Below, piece by piece: positions 11,876 through 22,389 of a DNA stretch of 32,000 nt (position 1 is the stretch's first letter; every line of letters begins with the position of its first letter). The translations under genes were made by a program, and so were the position numbers. Origin of the DNA: Candidatus Saccharimonadota bacterium (GTDB lineage: Bacteria; Patescibacteriota; Gracilibacteria; BD1-5; UBA2023). The stretch covers positions 150,001 to 182,000 of the forward strand of contig BAAFHK010000002.1 in the NCBI GenBank assembly GCA_042852035.1. The letters run 5' to 3'. The notes beneath the pieces are model-generated. The model was not told where the DNA came from. It saw nothing but the letters and a program-made list of their open reading frames with translations, and did no database searches.

Positions 11876-12445
11876 ATGCATTTTGAGTATCATAAAAAAT
11901 CATGAGAAAAAATTGATGAAGCAAAAAAAAGTGGTTTTTTCTCTCTGGGTGATCTTTCTGATGAGAGTGTTCTTGCAAGATACTATATTTCGAGATATTT
12001 TCATGATACATATTCTTTCATTCCATTCCTAGATAAAGATAGAAATGGTTTTCCACTGCCGATAATCTCCTGAAGCCTCGGAACATTTTATTGGTCAATT
12101 TCTCACTCAGATGAATATGTTGCATGGATGATAGATAAAAATCCTTGCGGTATTGATATTGCTCAATATTTTATTCGAGATGAATCACTTCTTTCCAAAC
12201 ATGATGAAGAAGAATATGAAATACTCTGAGAAAAATCATGGAAAAATTTTTATAGACTTTGGACTTCAAAAGAGGCACTTATAAAGAAACTTTCTCTCAC
12301 TCTTGATGACATGGAGAAAATTAAGCTTTTTTCTTCAGATAAAGAACAACTCGTATTTGTATTTTTCTCCGAATCCCATACAATTACCACAATTCAAGAG
12401 GATAAAATTTTTATTTCCTTTACTCCATCATATGAATCGATTTAA
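11876..12445 (+). CDS. 4'-phosphopantetheinyl transferase (Sfp/EntD type)
   Basis: 189 aa. SISHSDEYVAWMI, PCGIDIA, FYRLWTSKEALIKK. ATG abuts the upstream stop (11873-11875). Confidence 0.8.
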
Positions 12446-13637
12446 GACATTTTCCTTATTTCTTATTCTGGTGGCGGTATGGGCACTTTTCTTTGCTACG
12501 GTGAAGTTTTTTCTTTGGGGTGATCTTTCTGAAGAATTCCAGCCTGATCTTCAGCAAATTGCTTGATATCTTTCGCTTTGATGAGCAATCGCGTTTCTTA
12601 TAGGCTGAGCCTTTGCTCAAACTTTCCTAAAAAAGTATTATCTTTTTATCATTGCTCTTCTTTCCTCAGTTTTTATTCTTTATGCTTATCTTGTAGGATT
12701 TTCGAGAGAGATACTTTTTGCTGCAACAGTTACAATTCTCTGATTTCTCTACGGATTATGGAATGTAATGAAAAGCGTTATTATCTCGATAGAGATTAAA
12801 AAGACAAACCTTCCTGAAACTGCTGTAACTGCAATTGTTGGGATGATGTTTGTGATTTGTATTATATTTTGATCTCTTCTTGGGACTATTGCTTATGAGA
12901 AAATAGGTCATCATGGATATCTTTTATTGCTAGGATATCTTCTTCTCGCAGGAATTACTTCATTCTTTCTCGACTATGACGGAGTATCTTTCAGATCCCT
13001 TCTTACAAAGTGATGGAAAAATTATCTTATGGGTCGCAAGCAAAGCCTTGCAGTATCGATGAAGGCATATATTCCAGATCTTATTTATATCACAAAACAC
13101 TATCTTCCAATTATCGTAACTTCATCACTTTTCTGGTCTATTTCAACTATTATTTCCCAGGCTTCAGTAGAATATAGTAGCGCAACTTTTGGTATAAAAA
13201 GCTCACAAGCGACGATGATTCTTCTCTATTCAGCCGTGGGAGCTATAATAGGAAGTTTTCTCTCTATAAAAATGTGAAATAATCGATGGATGTATTTTAT
13301 GATTTTTAGTATCCTTTTTTCTCTCTCTACAGCTATGATTCCTGTATTTGGTTCTTCATTTGGGAATCTTTCAATCATTGCAACAGTGCTTGGAATGTGT
13401 TTCTGAACGGCTGTAAACCTTTCAGATTCCTTTCTTTTAAAATCGTTTGGTGATGAAAATAAAAAGGAGTATGGCGCATCCACAATGGGGCTTATATTTT
13501 CTATTATACTTTTTCTATCAATGTTCTTATCAAGTATGTTACTTCAGAGGCTCTGATATCATACGGTTATGTATATTTTCTCTGGAATAATTCTTACTAT
13601 TTGAGTTTCACTTGGTATTTATAAATTAAAAAAATAA
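12432..13637 (+). CDS. Multi-pass membrane transporter (MFS-like)
   Basis: 401 aa, about 11-12 hydrophobic helices in two halves separated by a basic loop (LLTKGWKNYLMGRKQS). Overlaps the PPTase gene by 14 nt. The MFS assignment is by topology only. Confidence 0.6.
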
Positions 13638-13661
13638 TCACATTTATACCCTTTTCTTCAT

Positions 13662-16600
13662 ATGAAACATTCTTCTTTACTGGTGGTTTTGGTAGCGAGT
13701 TTTCTCACTCTTTTTGCAGGTATTTCATTGGTATCTGCCATTTCTGTACGTACAGTTGAAGCAGTGAAGGAAGAAGCTTTTACAGGAATTGAATATCCAG
13801 AAGGTGAGAGCTTTGTGAGATTGAAGCAATTGATTGATGAGACTTTTACCGTTCAAAAAACGAAATCCCGTTACTCATATTGATTTTATGGTACTTATCC
13901 TTCATGTATCTCAGATAGATGGCTTTGTACGAATTATAAGTATACAAGCCTTACCGAAAAATCAATAAAGTATATTATACTTGAAACTTATGTATGAAAT
14001 GAAAATTTTTATAGAAATCTTTTTCGATTTTCATCTTCTTACTCAAGTTATGGTGATGATACCTATGGTGGCACTTCTTCATGAAACTCGAAATCTCAAG
14101 TGGCAGAAATTCTAAAACTTGTTCCAGTAGGTAAAAGTGTACTTGCACCAGTATCAAATATTTTTTCTCAAAAATCAACATATTCCTACTACAATCCTTC
14201 AAGCAATATCTGAGCGAATCTTCTTTCCTCAAGCTTCTGAGTCGATTTTACCGAGAATAGCAGTCAAAATACTATGCTCTGAGCGATCGAACAAAAGATA
14301 AAAGATATGAAGCGATCGAAGTGTCAGAAAGAAATCCAATCACAAAATTACAATGCCATCAATTCTAAATGCCCATGGACTGGTGAAATTTCAAATCGAT
14401 ACCTTCCAACCCTTGAAGAGCTTCTTTGAGAAAATATCTATTATAATGGAAGGTCAGTAAGTATAAAGAACATAAAGGATCAATTCGAATATAGTATATC
14501 ATGATCCATCTCGGTAATCGATAGGGAAGTCACTCAGTATGACTACAATAAAAATATAATGCCCTTCTATGATAATCTTCCTTGAGAATGAGAAGTATTT
14601 TCGGGAGGTTCTGGTGAGGCGCCTTGAGTAAAAAGAGTTGCCTCTAATATGTCTTTTCTTGAAAGTAAGTGAATATCCTTAGTGGCCTCACCTTCGATTG
14701 CAAAATCAAATGAGCTCCTTGATCTTGTAAATCAAGAATTAATGTATTCACATGATGAGTCAACCAAGGCTTATCTCAATGCCCTTAAAGAGATGGGTAC
14801 GTATTATATTAATGAATTTCAAAAAGATACCCTCCTCGAACCGACCTATACTCTTCGTCTTTTGAAGAATTCGTATACTCTTGAAGAGGCAAAAGCAGAA
14901 CTAGAGAAAAAACAATCAGAAACTGACACTATTTTTCGAGGTTCGAGCTGAATTCTTTGACAACTTCCGTGTATACTCGAAGGAAGTTATATCGTTCGTT
15001 CACAGTGTGCTGCCGCAAGGGCAAATATGAATACTGTTATGACGGCACTAGGGGCTTATTATTCAGATAGAGAAACATACCCAGATACTCTAGAGGCGCT
15101 CAATACGAATTATCTTCCAAAACAACAAGTTCTAGAGGACTTCAAGAAGAATTTTTCTTATAGATCAATATCAGGAACAACAAGTTCAAGTAATGACTAT
15201 GAAATAGTCTATATAGGAAAGATTTGAGAAGGGTCTCTCTCAACTTCAGATAAGCCTGATTATAATCTCCTTCTCTCATGAGCTCAAGTTCCCGAAATTC
15301 CAGCAATTTTTTCTCGTGCCCCTTCTGATAGTGTCGTGCTTTATGTAAAAAATCCCCAGAATCTTTTTGCCCTCCTTGAGACAAAATCCAATACCTCCAC
15401 AAGACTCTCATGAATGGATGTATCTCAATCTGTAAAACAAACCATTCAAGATTTTTTTGAGTTAAAGGACTTTTCAACACTTGAAGAAAATCTCGAGCAT
15501 GAAGCACTTTTGGTGATTGAGAACCTAGATTTTAGCGCTCCAGATGTAACCCTTATACTCTCTGAAGAAGATCGTGCTGCTCTTTCTCCATCAGCAAAAG
15601 CACGAGTAGTTGGTTCAAAAGATGGATTTATCTATGTCTCAAGCTCCAAATCAACAATCGATAGATTTATGGATCTTCCTGAAGGAAAAAGTCTTTCGGA
15701 ATCTCCTGATTTTCGATATGTTTGGACAAAAAAATCAGGCCTAATAAAAGATGCTTACATGTTTGTCGGAGATGCATTTTTTGAGAGAATGCTCACGCTA
15801 GAAACATATATTACTCATTATCGAAAATTACGTGATGTTGAGCGGCTTTCAAAACTTCAAGAGCTGGTTTGGTCCTATCAGGATGCCTATGGGAAATTGC
15901 CTAAAAATCTTGATGAGTTAATTTCTCAATTTGATGCCGAAGGCAAATTAAAGCCATTTATCAGTGATTTCTCAATAACGGAAGATGGTAGGGTAGTACA
16001 TAAGAATATTGGTGCGATTGGAAGTATAAAAACTATTCCAGAAATTAATTATGATATCTCAACAATATCTCAATCGGAACTCGATGACTACAAAACAAAT
16101 GTTCTTAAGTATAGAGATACCTGGAGAGCTTCTCTTGATCCGATGGGTATTGTCATGAATCGATATGGAGATGGTATTGAAGTTGATTTCTTTATGACGC
16201 CAATTCCGAAACTTGATTGAGACTTTAAAGATATTCAAGATATTTTTGAATGAGCTACGAAAGAGTCATTCGATTATTTAAATAATCAAAAATTACGTCT
16301 TTGAATTCTTACTCTTGTTGCTGGCTTTGATCCAAAAAAGCTTCAAAATAAAGCTGCGGAAATTAAAGATTTCTGACAAGGCCTAGAACAAACCAATGCT
16401 GAACTCCTTGATGGAAAGAATATCTTTGATTACATAGGCGGAGAGTGAGCTTTTACTCTCTGAAATATTCCATCAGATATTCTCGATGGATGGAATGTGG
16501 AAAAGATTGATGCTCACTTTGCAATAGAATTTGTCTCAAAGGAGAAAGGAAAAGAGTTTATAGATATCGTAAGAAAAAAATTCCTTTCTCGTTATGAGAG

Positions 16601-17792
16601 TGCATCAGACGGATATTTCGATATGAAAAGCTTCTTTGCAAAGCCACTCATTGAGGACTATCAATGAGAACAGATATATTATATTGAGGCAATTCCTGTT
16701 CCTTTCGTTGGGAAAATTGGCTTTGCCTATACCTTTATAGATAACTTCTTTTTTATCGGACTGAATCGAACCAGTATGCGACATGTTATCGATGTTGCTA
16801 ATTCGGGTGATGATGCTCGAAAGACCTTACTTGATTGAAGTACAGTTCTAGAAAACTCGTTTTTTGTCGGACTTCTCGATGGAATTACCGCATCGAGCGA
16901 TCTCAAATGACTCTATGAAAAAAACCGTACTTCCATACCTCGCTACGCATCACTTCTTGATAAAAATGATTCTTGACTACAAGGACTCAATCAGATACTT
17001 TCCTCATATCATGTGTCTTACACAAGATCAAAGAGACTTGGTATTGATTCAAAGCCATTTGATTTCACACTTTGAGGACTTAGTATCAAAGAAATTGATG
17101 GAGATTTATGGGTTCGTATCGATGAATCGCTCCAAAATGATCTTTCAGGGACTACCCTTCAGCTTTGGGAAAATATATCATCTGATGAACGTTTTCCGAG
17201 AGCATTAGTCGGAGATATGGGTATTAAAATCCAAGAATTTCTTATGAATCCTATGAAATCTGAAATTCTAGCCTTTGAACTTATCGTAAAGCTTGATCAT
17301 GCTTTTGAATGAAATGAATCACTTCTTCGAAACTCAACCTTCTCATTGTCAGTAAATGAGAATGAGATTTGATTCCTTTCTCGAGTCTTTCGAGAAAGAG
17401 ACACTCATGGAAATACTTGAGAGACTAAAGGTATCTTTTCATGAATAAATTCTGCATATATTATTTGATGATGAGTTTTCATAGTACTTGTAATAATCCT
17501 TTGAGGAGGATTCCTGTTGTATAGCAGAAAGAAAAATATTGGACTAAACAAGAATAATCCGTCTAACTCTCAAGCTTCTCCAGGTTCATCCTTAGCAAAC
17601 TATAGCCTTCCTCCTGGGATTATCATTGGCGATGAACAATCAGTGCTTATTAAGCCAACTGCAACCCCAACTATATCCGAAATAGTGCAGTCAGTAGATC
17701 AGGCATCTTCATCATGAGAAATTGCAATAAACACATCTCAGTCACCAACAACAGGTGAATCATGAAATAATAGTCTCCCTTCCCAAAGTTAG
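13662..17792 (+). CDS. Giant secreted protein, 1376 aa, signal peptide plus C-terminal TM anchor and S/P/T-rich tail
   Basis: One uninterrupted frame with TGA=Gly, checked codon by codon. N-terminus MKHSSLLVVLVASFLTLFAGISLVSA. TM IIGGGVFIVLVIILGGGFLLY (17460-17522) followed by SRKKN and a low-complexity tail. Ends TAG 17790-17792. Confidence 0.8.
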
Positions 17793-17793
17793 T

Positions 17794-18405
17794 ATGGCAC
17801 ATATAATTGCCAAAGATATCTCATTTATTCGCTCAGGGAAAGCAATTTTTTCTCACAGAGACTTTTCGATTTATCCTGGAGAGATAGTTCTTATTAAGGG
17901 GCCATCAGGTTCTTGAAAAACCACTCTTTTAAGGGTTCTGTGATGACTTATAAAAGAAAATAGTGGAAGTATCGAACGATCTTTTTCTCAAAGAGATCGA
18001 CTACGACTGTGTGGTTTTCATTTTGTTGATGGTCCTTTCCTTGAATATCTTACAGTAATGGAGAATTTGCTTATATTAGAGCTTTTCTCGGGGATTCTTC
18101 TTTCTCGAGAATATCTTCATGAATTAGCGGAAGTTTTTGAAATTTCCCACTTACTTTCAAGAAAAATATCTTCTCTTTCATCATGACAAAGAGAAAGAGT
18201 GAGTATTATTCGTTCATTTTTACATAATCCAGAGATTGTTTTTTTAGATGAGCCTGGATCGAACCTTGATCAAGTTATGGAAGAAAAAGTAAAGCTATTC
18301 CTTCTTGAGCAAATAAAAAAAGGGAAGTCTTTAGTTTTTTCTACCCACTCTGGAACGTGGGACGTATATGCAAAATCAATTATTGAACTCCCTTTGTATG
18401 AATAA
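17794..18405 (+). CDS. ABC transporter ATP-binding protein (MacB/LolD/FtsE-like)
   Basis: 203 aa. Walker A GPSGSGKTTLL (Gly from TGA 17914-17916), signature LSSGQRERV, Walker B IVFLDEP. Confidence 0.9.
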
Positions 18406-19606
18406 GAATTTCTTTTCTCTTCTCATAGTAATGATTCGTACTCCATGGAGAAGTATTTCCATGTTCCTGGTGGTTATAATTATATCTCTCTCAGGACTCT
18501 TGCTTCTTACATGAGAAAAAAATATTCTTCGAGCCCTTGAATACTATCAATATAGTCCACTTGATGAAAGGCGTTTTACTCTCAGTATTGATACTGATAT
18601 ATTCTCTCTCTTTTCCCGTGATTCAAAGGGGATAGATCCTATAGTTTCGAAAAATTTAGAAAACGATTCAGAGATTGAGTCTATCACGCGGTTTACTCTT
18701 GTTGAGATACCAGTGCTTGCGAAGTTTGGAATGTTTACGTTTTCTCTAGAGACTGATATGCCAATATTTGCTGTATCAGATAATGCGCTTACATGATCAC
18801 ATACCCCAATGGGTATATCTCAGATTCTCATTGATTTTTATAATAAAGAATTTTCTTGAACCTCACCTTTTTTTCCTTTATTTACGAAAGATATGGTTCT
18901 TGGACAAAAGGTTACACTTGAGTTCTGAAAATCGAAACTCTTTACTTTTGATTCTCATTCATCAACTCCTCTTGCAGGTGTTATAACTTCTATAAAAAAT
19001 GACTATCCATGATTTGGTATTATGATACAAGAAACTCAAGTGAAAGAGAAACTTTCAGAAATTGGAGTTTCACTGGGAAATCCATATAAAATTATTGGGT
19101 ACATGAAAGATCCATCGTATAAGAAGGAACTTGAGAAAAAATATGGCACTGATTTTAGGCTTGAATTTGATGAAGAAGCGGTAAAAAAACTCAAGGAAAA
19201 AGCACAGGCATTCCGATATATCATAAGGACTTTATGAATTGCTCTAGCATCGATTCTTATTATCATTTTTTGATTCCTTCTTTCATGATATTCAAGAGAA
19301 CGGTCAGATGTATATAGGCTTTTTCAGATGCTCGGCATAACTGGCATACGATCTCGCGTATTTCTTCTTCTTGAGCCAGTACTTCTCGTAGCTTTTGGTA
19401 TAATAATGGGATATATTTTGTTTCGATATATTGAGAAGTATATTCTCTCTTCGTTGGCTCATATGCTTTTGAATCAATGAATTGATTTTCCACTTTTTGT
19501 TGCAAACCCCCAATCCGTTCTTATTCTCTCGCTCTTTCTTTTCTGAGTGATTCTAATTCTTATTTTTATAGAGGATATCCTTATGAGAAAGAAACAATGG
19601 CTTTAA
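18398..19606 (+). CDS. ABC transporter permease, FtsX/MacB-type (4 TM with large extracytoplasmic domain)
   Basis: 402 aa. TM1 ISMFLVVIIISLSGLLLL, a soluble loop of about 240 aa, then 3 C-terminal TMs. Overlaps the ATPase gene by 8 nt. Confidence 0.8.
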
Positions 19607-19613
19607 TTAAAAT

Positions 19614-19634
19614 ATCTTTATAAAATATAAAGAT
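19614..19634 (+). terminator. Weak AT-rich hairpin after the ABC operon
   Basis: ATCTTTATA-AAA-TATAAAGAT, 9-bp arms, 8 nt after stop 19606. Only one G:C pair, so stability is doubtful. Confidence 0.3.
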
Positions 19635-19647
19635 CTGCTAAATTTGA

Positions 19648-19676
19648 TTGATTTTTCGTTATCTTTTCCCTATAAT
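19648..19676 (+). promoter_or_regulatory. Candidate alaS promoter (TTGATT, 17 nt spacer, TATAAT)
   Basis: TTGATT 19648-19653 and TATAAT 19671-19676, 41 nt before ATG 19718. Confidence 0.45.
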
Positions 19677-19717
19677 TAGGGGCATTCCTTATTCTTATTT
19701 TTTCATTCATTATTTCC

Positions 19718-21691
19718 ATGTCACTTGCTACCGAGATTCGTACCAAATATCTAGAATACTATCGAAAACAAGGTCACGCTATTGTTCCTTCATCGCCACT
19801 CCTTCCAGAGAATGATCCTACGACACTTTTTACCGGATCTGGAATGCAGCCAATGCTTGCATATCTTCTTGGTGAGCCACATCCGTTAGGAACTCGTATA
19901 GCTGATTCACAGAAATGTTTTCGAGCCGTTGATATCGATGAAGTAGGCGACAATCGTCATACTACCTTTTTTGAAATGCTTGGAAACTGGTCACTTGGGG
20001 ATTATTTCAAAAAGGAACAAATTCCATGGATGTGGGATTTTCTTATTAATCATCTCTGACTCAATCCAAAAAATCTTTATATAACATGCCACATTGGATC
20101 AAAGGATGCTGGTATAGCTCGTGATGATGAGGCAGCAAACCTTTGGAAGGATCTTTTTAGGGAAGTGGGTATTGATGCTCGAATGAGTGAAGAAGCAGCA
20201 ACAAAGGGAATGATGCCAGGGGAGAGGATATTTTTTTATGAGGATAAGAAAAACTGGTGGAGTCGTGCCTGAGTTCCAGCAAAAATGCCAGTAGGTGAGC
20301 CTGGTGGCCCAGATTCTGAAATGTTCTGGGATTTTGATCCGAATGGAGAGAAGCGTATACATGAGCGTTCAATATGGAAAGAGCTCCCTTGTCATGTAAA
20401 TTGCGACTGTGGTCGATTTCTTGAGATTGGGAATAATGTCTTCATGGCTTACAAAAAAGAATCAGATGGATTTCGGGAGCTTGCTGGGAAGAATATAGAT
20501 TTCGGTGGTTGACTTGAGCGTATTGCTATGGCTATGCATAATACCTCGGATATTTTCATGACAGGAGTTTTTGATAAACTTCGAACAACTTTAGAACATC
20601 TTACATGAAGAAAATACGGTGAGGAGTATATAGTTACAAATTCATTCAGAATTATAATGGATCATCTCCGTGCAGCAACCTTCCTTATAGGAGATGGAGC
20701 ACTTCCTTCAAATGTTGATGCATGATATTTTGTTCGTCGTCTTATTCGACGAGCTATTCGTGCTGGTCGACGCATAGGCCTTCTTGAAAATTTTACTCAT
20801 GTTCTTGCGGAGACGGTTATTGCAGATTATGCTGATGCTTACCCAAGCCTCCTTACGGGCAAGGAAGTTATATTACGTTCGCTTTCAGAAGAGGAAGAAA
20901 AGTTTCGCCGAACACTTGAGCGTTGAGAGAGAGAAATCGAGAAACTTCTTTCAGGAAGTGAAAAAATTGATGGAAAAAAGGCTTTCTGGATTTTTGAAAC
21001 TTTTGGTTTTCCTCGAGAGATGACTGAGGAGATTATTCTTGAACATATTGCTCTTGGGCATGGGGGACTTACAGATATTGCAAATGTTGAGATACTCAGA
21101 GAGAAGCTTTATGAGGCAAAGCCAGAGCTCAGAGGTGAGATGGAGGCTTTTGCTCATGATTTTTCAGAGAGCGCAAAAGCACATGCAGATTTGTCGCGTA
21201 CTGCTGCAGCAGGGAAGTTTGCTTGATGACTTGCTGATCACTCTGATGAGACTACAGCACTTCACTCAGCATGTCATCTTATGCTCGCATGACTCCGAAA
21301 GGTTCTTGGGGCTCATGTTCACCAAGCAGGTTCAAATATCACTGCTGAGCGACTTCGTTTCGACTTCACTCACCCAGAGAAAATGACTCCAGAGCAAATT
21401 AAGTCCGTCGAAGAGTATGTAAATACCGCTATAAATGCTGGACTCACCGTCACAGTGACAAATATGGATAAAAATGAGGCGAAAGAGAGCGGTGTGGAAG
21501 GATCATTCTGGGAGAAATATCCAGATATTGTAAAAGTATATTCTATGGTCGGAGCTGATGGGGTTGCCTACTCACGAGAACTCTGCGGTGGTCCTCATGT
21601 TGAGAACTCGAAAGAAATGGGAACATTTAAGATTATCAAGGAGGAATCAAGTTCAGCAGGAGTGAGGCGTATTAAAGCAGTTCTAGAGTAG
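19718..21691 (+). CDS. alaS: Alanine--tRNA ligase, short form lacking the C-Ala domain
   Basis: 657 aa. YYRKQGH, LLFTGSGMQP, SQKCFR, RHTTFFEMLGNWSLGDYFK, FGGGLERIAMA, GAGYFVRRLIRRA. Editing-domain motifs HSACHLM and CGGPHV. Ends TAG 21689-21691 just after GVRRIKAVLE. Confidence 0.95.
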
Positions 21692-21695
21692 TAAC

Positions 21696-22379
21696 ATGAG
21701 TATGAGTCCAATCAACATTCTTATTTCTCAATATTCTTTCTTGGGACGAGAAAAGAACGGATTGTTGACAAATACAAAAGCATATTTTGATGATACATTC
21801 TTAACTGAAAAAATCCTTTTTATTTGATTTTGAGGGACTATCTCATCTTGATATAGTCCTAGCCAAGAAACTATCATTCCACTTATTGATTCCCCAGCCT
21901 TAAGAAGTGTTGATTATTTAAATAATTTCTGAATATCAGCGATAGAATATAACCACATACCTCTTTTAGCTAAAGATAGTCGAATGATAGATGATGAGGA
22001 TATCTATAAATTATTAGATGTTATATTCCTTTGTCCAAATCAGAAGATTTGTATTACAGTAGGAACATATCTTGGTCCTCGAGTTGCTCTGATTCTATTC
22101 CTACTTGCTTCGGAATTAGATAATAAAAAAGTTGTATTTACTTGAAGTATGCTTCCATCTGGTTTTGCTAGTTCAGATGCTGATGCAAACATATGGAGTG
22201 CTCTTACTCTCTTAGAAATGTATACGAAGTACTTTCAGGAAATACCAAAAGTTGCCATAGTTTTTCATGGTCGCATATATGACTCAAAAGAAGAAATAGA
22301 AAAATTAGATTTACATCCTGAAAGATCGAAAGATATTATTCTTGAATACCCAGATTTTACTATCCCAATAATATCTTAG
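21696..22379 (+). CDS. Asparaginase/glutaminase-family protein, N-terminal domain only
   Basis: 227 aa. ILFIGFGGTISSG (GGT motif), KDSRMIDDEDIYKLL, ICITVGTYLG (in place of HGTDT), KKVVFTGSMLPSGFASSDADANIWSAL. Starts 4 nt after alaS. Confidence 0.6.
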
Positions 22380-22389
22380 AACTATTTTT

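Noticed and set aside
15142-15507. 121-aa minus-strand ORF, and similar minus-strand ORFs at 30312..30707 and 30783..31172
   Set aside because: All are antisense to well-supported + strand genes (giant protein, pepF, CHAP-like) and have no recognisable motifs.
16864-17208. 114-aa + strand ORF, and likewise 26615..26809, 21039..21386 and 12563..12799
   Set aside because: They are off-frame relative to the continuous table-25 frames of the giant protein, histidine kinase, alaS and the transporter.
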